Virus record (IMG/VR): IMGVR_UViG_3300020536_000010
Location: 15,038 to 79,037 of that record
DNA length: 64,000 bases
From: a virus
Strand: one strand, 5' to 3'
Made by a program: the position numbers and the translations under genes. Within the stretch, counting starts at the first letter, position 1. Each line of letters begins with the position of its first letter. The notes beneath the pieces are model-generated. The model had not been told where the DNA came from. It saw only the letters and a program-made list of their open reading frames with translations, and did no database searches. Below, piece after piece: positions 55,672-64,000 of this stretch.

Positions 55672-57439
55672 TGATTTTTTAGAAGCACTTAAATCAGACA
55701 GCTTTGATGAAAAGCCAGTTGATGTAAAGACATTTGTTGAAGGCGAAGATTATCTTGGACAGCCCCCACTATCACAAACCCAATATGATATTGTAGAGGC
55801 TCTTAGCCAAATCTACAGGCTAGAAGATCTAATAAGCCTTATGGGTGATACTGAGGGTAGAAGGTATTATAATAAATATACCAAGAATGAAGTAATTCTA
55901 CAGCTTGGTAAAGGATCTGGTAAAGATTTTACATCAACGGTTGCGTGTGCTTATATTGTATATAAGCTTCTATGTCTTAAAGACCCTGCTAGGTATTTTG
56001 GAAAGCCTAGCGGTGACGCAATTGACATTATTAACGTGGCTATTAACGCCCAGCAAGCGAAGAACGTATTCTTTAAAGGCTTTAAAACAAAGATTGAAAA
56101 GTCTCCTTGGTTTGCAGGAAAATTCTATGCGAAAGCTGAGAGTATTGAATTTGATAAATCTATTACAGTTTACTCAGGCCATTCCGAAAGAGAGTCTCAC
56201 GAAGGTCTCAACCTTATCCTTGCAGTCCTTGACGAGATCTCTGGTTTTGCTACGGAGATTGGAACAGGAAATGATCAGGGTAAAACTGCAGATAACATCT
56301 ACAAAGCTTTCCGTGCATCAGTAGATTCACGCTTTCCAGACCTGGGCAAAGTAGCTCTGCTATCGTTCCCAAGATATCCTGGAGATTTTATTTCTGCAAG
56401 GTATGAAGCTGTTATTGCAGATAAGGAAACTGTAACAAAAACACACACATTTATTATGAATCCAGAATTGCCAGCGGAAGCAGATGGCAACTCATTGACA
56501 ATTGAGTGGGACGAAGACAATATAATTAGTTATAAATATCCCAATGTATTTGCATTAAAAAGACCAACTTGGGATGTTAACCCAACAAGGAAAATAGATG
56601 ATTTTAAGTTAGCCTTTTTTACTGATATAGGAGATGCTATGCAAAGATTTGCTTGTATACCAACATTCTCGTCAGATAGATTCTTTAAACAAGCAGAAAA
56701 AGTTCGTGCAGCAATGACTGTAAGAAATCCAATAGATTCCTATAAAAGGTTTGACTCCAGTTTTGTCCCTGACCCAGATAAGATATATTTTGTGCATGCT
56801 GACCTTGCACAAAAGCATGATAAGTGTGCTGTAGCAATTGCACACGTAGAAAAATGGGTAAATATTCAAATCATAAAAGATTATGAACAAATTGCACCAG
56901 TTGTGGTTGTTGATGCCGTTGCTTGGTGGGAGCCAAAAGTAGAAGGACCAGTAGACCTGTCAGAAGTAAAGCAATGGATTCAAAATCTTAGAAGGCTTGG
57001 CTTTAATGTTGGCATGGTATCATTTGACCGCTGGCAGTCATTTGATATCCAAAATGAACTGAAAGCAATAGGCATGAGAACTGAAACTGTTTCTGTTGCC
57101 AAAAAGCATTATGAGGATATGGCAATGCTTGTTTATGAAGAAAGACTTGCTATGCCGATGATTGATCTTTTATTTGAAGAGTTATCAGAGCTTAAGATTA
57201 TGAACAATAATAAGGTAGATCACCCACGCAAAAAGTCTAAGGACCTGGCAGATGCTGTCTGTGGTGCAATATTTGGTGCTATTTCTCACACCCCAAGAAA
57301 CCTTAATCTAGAAGTTGAAATACATACGTTTAAGGATAGGCCAAAGCCACAGCTTGACAATGATGCCCAAGATGTGATAAAATATAGGCCTACGCCAAAA
57401 GACGTTGAAGAATATTTGGCTAGATTTGATTTAATCTAG
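55664..57439 (+). CDS. terL: Terminase large subunit
   Basis: Walker A GKGSGKD, Walker B AVLDE, coupling motif LLSF, nuclease HADLA...D, FDRWQS, DHP...SKDLADA. Confidence 0.9.
   Translation: MFDDFLEALKSDSFDEKPVDVKTFVEGEDYLGQPPLSQTQYDIVEALSQIYRLEDLISLMGDTEGRRYYNKYTKNEVILQLGKGSGKDFTSTVACAYIVYKLLCLKDPARYFGKPSGDAIDIINVAINAQQAKNVFFKGFKTKIEKSPWFAGKFYAKAESIEFDKSITVYSGHSERESHEGLNLILAVLDEISGFATEIGTGNDQGKTADNIYKAFRASVDSRFPDLGKVALLSFPRYPGDFISARYEAVIADKETVTKTHTFIMNPELPAEADGNSLTIEWDEDNIISYKYPNVFALKRPTWDVNPTRKIDDFKLAFFTDIGDAMQRFACIPTFSSDRFFKQAEKVRAAMTVRNPIDSYKRFDSSFVPDPDKIYFVHADLAQKHDKCAVAIAHVEKWVNIQIIKDYEQIAPVVVVDAVAWWEPKVEGPVDLSEVKQWIQNLRRLGFNVGMVSFDRWQSFDIQNELKAIGMRTETVSVAKKHYEDMAMLVYEERLAMPMIDLLFEELSELKIMNNNKVDHPRKKSKDLADAVCGAIFGAISHTPRNLNLEVEIHTFKDRPKPQLDNDAQDVIKYRPTPKDVEEYLARFDLI
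57354..57383 (+). promoter_or_regulatory. SigA/sigma70 promoter
   Basis: TTGACA (57354-57359), 18-nt spacer ending TGA, then TAAAAT (57378-57383). Confidence 0.6.
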
Positions 57440-57460
57440 ATTAATTAAATAAGGAGAAAA

Positions 57461-58414
57461 ATGAATCTAAAGAAGACTTCTATTGCCCTAGTAACGGCAC
57501 TAGTGATTGGTCTAACTGGTATGTTGCCTGCAAATGCAAATACCCAAACATTGACAGTTGCTGGAGCTTCTGCTAGCGGTGGTACTACTTCTGCTACAGC
57601 AGTGGCCCTTCCAGTTCCAGGCGACACAGTAACAGCCTCTAATGCTCTTAGCATTTCTGTTTCTGGTGTTGTAGCTGGTACAACTGTTTCCGCCACTGCT
57701 ACAAATGCATTCCTACTAACAACACTAACTGGTGCAACTAATGCATCTGGTTCAGCTGCAGTTACACTAAATGCTAGTACAAGCGGTAGTGTAGAGCTAT
57801 TTGTATTTACCAAAACTACTGCTGTTGGCTCAGTTGTTGTTACAGTTGGAAATACTGCTACAACTTACTTTGTCAAGGGTACTGCTGGAGATGTTGTGAA
57901 GGTTGGGCTTTCTGCACCAGCATCTGGTCTAGCAGGATCAACTCAGTCTGTAGTTGTGTCTGCGTTTGATCGCTATGACAATGCAAAGGCATCTGGAACA
58001 GTAAGCTTGATTGTTAATTCAAATGGCGTAATTACTACACCAACTGCAACAACCAGTACTTCTGGTACAGTTAGTTATGTTGTTACTTTGCCATCTACTG
58101 GCTCTCTAACCGTAACAGCGTTTGCTGCTAGCTCTTCTGCTACAGCAGTTATTGTTGTAACACAGCCACGTAATCTACAGGCAGAACTAGACAAGGCACT
58201 TGCTGACCTAGCAACTGAAAAGGCTGCACACGAAGCAACCAAGGCTTTGGTAACTTCTCTAAGTGCTGAACTTGCTGCTGTTAAGCTAGAACTTGCAACT
58301 AGCAAGGATCTTTCTGCAAAGGAAGTTCGTAAGCTAAAGTGGCAGTACAACACACTTGTAAAGAAGTACAATGTTGGAAAGCCTAGAGCCGAAAGACTTG
58401 CCTTTATCAAGTAA
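57461..58414 (+). CDS. Secreted Ala/Thr/Ser-rich Ig-like protein with C-terminal coiled coil
   Basis: Sec signal peptide MNLKK-hydrophobic-PANA; beta-rich body with D.Y.N motif; heptad repeats and a basic tail; RBS AAGGAG. Confidence 0.7.
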   Translation: MNLKKTSIALVTALVIGLTGMLPANANTQTLTVAGASASGGTTSATAVALPVPGDTVTASNALSISVSGVVAGTTVSATATNAFLLTTLTGATNASGSAAVTLNASTSGSVELFVFTKTTAVGSVVVTVGNTATTYFVKGTAGDVVKVGLSAPASGLAGSTQSVVVSAFDRYDNAKASGTVSLIVNSNGVITTPTATTSTSGTVSYVVTLPSTGSLTVTAFAASSSATAVIVVTQPRNLQAELDKALADLATEKAAHEATKALVTSLSAELAAVKLELATSKDLSAKEVRKLKWQYNTLVKKYNVGKPRAERLAFIK

Positions 58415-58426
58415 TTAGTATAAAAT

Positions 58427-58461
58427 GATAGGGGGAGGGGATAAAACCCTTCCCCTTTATC
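58427..58461 (+). terminator. Hairpin, putative terminator
   Basis: GATAGGGGGAGGGG-ATAAAA-CCCTTCCCCTTTATC imperfect inverted repeat. Confidence 0.55.
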
Positions 58462-58491
58462 GTAACTATATTAAAAAGGGGATTAAAATAG

Positions 58492-58885
58492 ATGTCCGTT
58501 GACATTGTCTATTTTTCAAATTATTCTGGTAACACAAAAAAATTTGTAGAAAAATTAGATATGCCAGCAATACAAATCCCCATTGACTGGAACTATGAAA
58601 ACTCATTAGAGGTTACTAGACCATATGTCTTATTTGTTCCTACCTATGGTGGAGGATCGGATAGTTCTGCTATTCCAAGACAGGTCAGAAATTTTCTAAA
58701 CCTACACTCTAACAGAGACAATCTACAGGGAGTGGTTGGGTTTGGAAATACAAATTTTGGCGAACATTTCTGCAAAGCAGCAGATATGATTTCGTCTAAA
58801 ACTGGTGTGCCAATTATTGCCAGGGTAGAAATATTTGGCACAGACTACGATGTTGAAAAAGTAAAAGAGAGGTTAGAACTACTGT

Positions 58886-58896
<11 letters not shown>
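58492..58896 (+). CDS. nrdI: Class Ib RNR flavodoxin NrdI
   Basis: [37 protein letters not shown]. Confidence 0.95.
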
Positions 58897-61964
<3,068 letters not shown>

Positions 61965-61977
61965 AGATAGGCAAATA

Positions 61978-62367
61978 ATGAAAGAACTAAAACACTTACA
62001 CTTAATGGTTAGAGCAGAAATAACAAAACCAATTAAAACTGAAGAGTACGCAAAGCTATGGTTACAGGAGCTTGTTGAACTCATTGATATGAAAATTGCA
62101 GCAGGCCCAGTTTCAAAGTATGTTGATATGCCAGGGAATGAAGGAGTAACTGCAGCGGTATCTGTAGAAACATCACACATTGCATTTCACATTTGGGAAA
62201 AGAAAGACCCAATGATTCTGCAGTTTGATCTTTACACTTGTGGTGAATTAGATCACAAGATGGTTATAGGATATCTTTGGGAAACATTTGGCATTACAAA
62301 TATTCAATGGCAATATCTAAACAGAGAAAATGGGTTTGAGCTTATTGACTCAAATTTAGACCAGTAA
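61978..62367 (+). CDS. speD: S-adenosylmethionine decarboxylase proenzyme (pyruvoyl, SpeD/SpeH-like)
   Basis: GVT....ETSHIAFHIW...DLYTCG; start at ATG 61978. Confidence 0.8.
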   Translation: MKELKHLHLMVRAEITKPIKTEEYAKLWLQELVELIDMKIAAGPVSKYVDMPGNEGVTAAVSVETSHIAFHIWEKKDPMILQFDLYTCGELDHKMVIGYLWETFGITNIQWQYLNRENGFELIDSNLDQ

Positions 62368-62383
62368 GATATTAAGTATAATT

Positions 62384-62416
62384 GGGGCACAATAAGGTTG
62401 TGCCTCTTTTATTTTT
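62384..62416 (+). terminator. Rho-independent terminator
   Basis: GGGGCACAA-TAAGG-TTGTGCCTC followed by TTTTATTTTT. Confidence 0.8.
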
Positions 62417-62478
62417 ATATAAGCAAGTATAATAATATAAGAATACATTGGCTACCCCCAATCACGAGGTGATACCCC

Positions 62479-64000
62479 ATTAAGAGCAAAAACTTAAAAG
62501 TTTTTATTGCTATGTCTTTAGCATTTTTGCCAACTTTTTTGGCTGCAGATTTAGCACACGCAGAAGAATCTTCTTCAGTGGTTTCGGTTACCCTAACATT
62601 AGATCAGCAAGTCACTCAAGCAGAAATCACCGTGACTACGGCAACATCTGAGATACAGGTTGTAACAGAAAACCTAGCTAGTACAAGTGCCTTAGTAGAG
62701 CAACTAGTTGGTGGTGGATCTACAAGCATTGCTTCCGTCTCAGAAGTGATAGCCTTGGCTACTACGGCTGTAGCAGAAGCCTCTCAAGCCTTATCAAGTG
62801 CCTCTGATGCCCTATGGGATGTTAAACAAAAGCAAGACTCTTATCAGCTTGCAGTAGCCTCCTCACAACTAGCAGATTCTAATTTAACTGTAGCACAAAC
62901 AAGTTACAGCCAAGCAGTAATTAACCTATCATCCATTAGTGCAGCGGTATCAGGACAGCAACAGGTAGTCCAACAAGAGCAATCTGAACTAAATGCTTTA
63001 ACTAATGTACCATCAAATAGTTTTCAAATATCTAGCTCAGGCTGGACAAATTCAGTAGAGGCAAGCACAGCATCTACTACTAGCGTTATACTTCCACCAA
63101 TGTGGGATCAGTCTACAAAAATAGATGTCCCATTTGATATCAGAATGGGAAACACGCTATATGAAGGCCAGGGGAGTGCCAGTCAAATTTATGTAACATC
63201 TAAGGCATTCATTTCTTTTGGGCAGGGAGATCACACTTTTTGGGATTGGCCACAGACAACTGGTATATACGTATATCAATCTGACTGGATGACAGCAGGA
63301 GCTGGGGCATATACTAAAGTAACAACCACTGACAATACTTTAACAGTTGAGTGGTCATTGCATAGATTTGGAGATGCCAATGGCCCACTGACAAATGTAG
63401 TTTGGAATATGCTAGTTGATCCAGCTACTGGAGAATGGACTGGATATTCTGAAATATCTGGAAATACTTCTGGCTTATATGGTGGTCCAAGAATTGGTGT
63501 TAGATATTCCAATGGTGGGACTATCTTTACAATGTCTCCAAGAATAGTAGATTCTGTTTCTGCAGAATTAATTAGTCAACAGCAACAGGTAGTAAATTCT
63601 GCTTCAGCAACACTCGTTAATTTACAAACACAACAAAGCTTACAAACAATAGTTGTTCAGCAGGCCTCTTCCTCACTTGCAATTGCACAATCAATATCTT
63701 CACAAGCTAATGTTGTGGAAGCACAGGCATTATCAGAATTTACAACAGCATTACAAAATACACAAAATGTTATAAGTAATTTAATTATTGTTGTTGAAAA
63801 CGCAGAAACAAAAGTTCAAACTGCCTATGTAGTTACAGCAGATGCTATTGCTAATTTACCAGCCCCTACCCCTGCTCCAGAACCAGTTGTAATTCCACAG
63901 CCTGAACCAACACCAGAACCTACCCCAGAACCAGAACCAACACCAGAACCAACACCAGAACCTACCCCAGAACCAGAACCAACACCAGAACCTACCCCAG
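62479..64000 (+). CDS. Secreted/surface protein with coiled coils, a NIDO-like domain and Pro-Glu-Pro-Thr repeats; 3'-truncated and absent from the ORF track
   Basis: The frame is open from 62473 to the window end; first ATG at 62512, probable ATT start at 62479 behind SD GAGGTG. Signal peptide ends AHA; central VPFDI.MG...Y...IYVTSKAFISFG. Confidence 0.75.
   Translation, partial: MKSKNLKVFIAMSLAFLPTFLAADLAHAEESSSVVSVTLTLDQQVTQAEITVTTATSEIQVVTENLASTSALVEQLVGGGSTSIASVSEVIALATTAVAEASQALSSASDALWDVKQKQDSYQLAVASSQLADSNLTVAQTSYSQAVINLSSISAAVSGQQQVVQQEQSELNALTNVPSNSFQISSSGWTNSVEASTASTTSVILPPMWDQSTKIDVPFDIRMGNTLYEGQGSASQIYVTSKAFISFGQGDHTFWDWPQTTGIYVYQSDWMTAGAGAYTKVTTTDNTLTVEWSLHRFGDANGPLTNVVWNMLVDPATGEWTGYSEISGNTSGLYGGPRIGVRYSNGGTIFTMSPRIVDSVSAELISQQQQVVNSASATLVNLQTQQSLQTIVVQQASSSLAIAQSISSQANVVEAQALSEFTTALQNTQNVISNLIIVVENAETKVQTAYVVTADAIANLPAPTPAPEPVVIPQPEPTPEPTPEPEPTPEPTPEPTPEPEPTPEPTP
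63859..64000 (+). repeat. (PEPT/PE)n coding repeat
   Basis: CCAGAACCAACA / CCAGAACCTACC units continuing to the window end. Confidence 0.9.

Overview
This is a 64-kb, AT-rich, densely coding segment of a large tailed dsDNA phage, siphovirus-like (2995-aa tape measure, no sheath gene seen). All real genes appear to lie on the + strand. The host is probably an actinobacterium, an inference from the class Ib nrdIEF, the DnaE polymerase, SigA-type/extended -10 promoters and several leaderless genes. Gene order: tail-fibre-like genes (1-4.5 kb); an FN3 protein ending in a 62-residue Phe/Pro polymer, followed by seven 2OG-Fe(II) prolyl-hydroxylase-like oxygenases, two DUF6065-like proteins and an SDR (4.5-12.6 kb); a large virion protein, portal, protease/scaffold, capsid, neck, tail tube, tail chaperones, tape measure and tail tip (12.7-42.6 kb); replication and recombination genes (DnaB, primase, SSB, DnaE, RecA, nucleases, RuvC; 42.6-55 kb); terminase, a secreted protein, nrdIEF, AdoMet decarboxylase and a truncated secreted Pro-rich protein (55-64 kb). 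The best candidate for an undescribed system is the (FFP/FFPP)n-tailed protein plus its adjacent oxygenase cluster, a putative phage post-translational modification pathway. Other highlights are a repeat-bounded DUF3626-like cargo inside the tape measure protein, a G/GT tail-chaperone pair apparently made by gene duplication instead of frameshifting, a nested scaffold start and a likely ATT-initiated secreted protein. All family calls come from motif recognition by eye; no searches were run.
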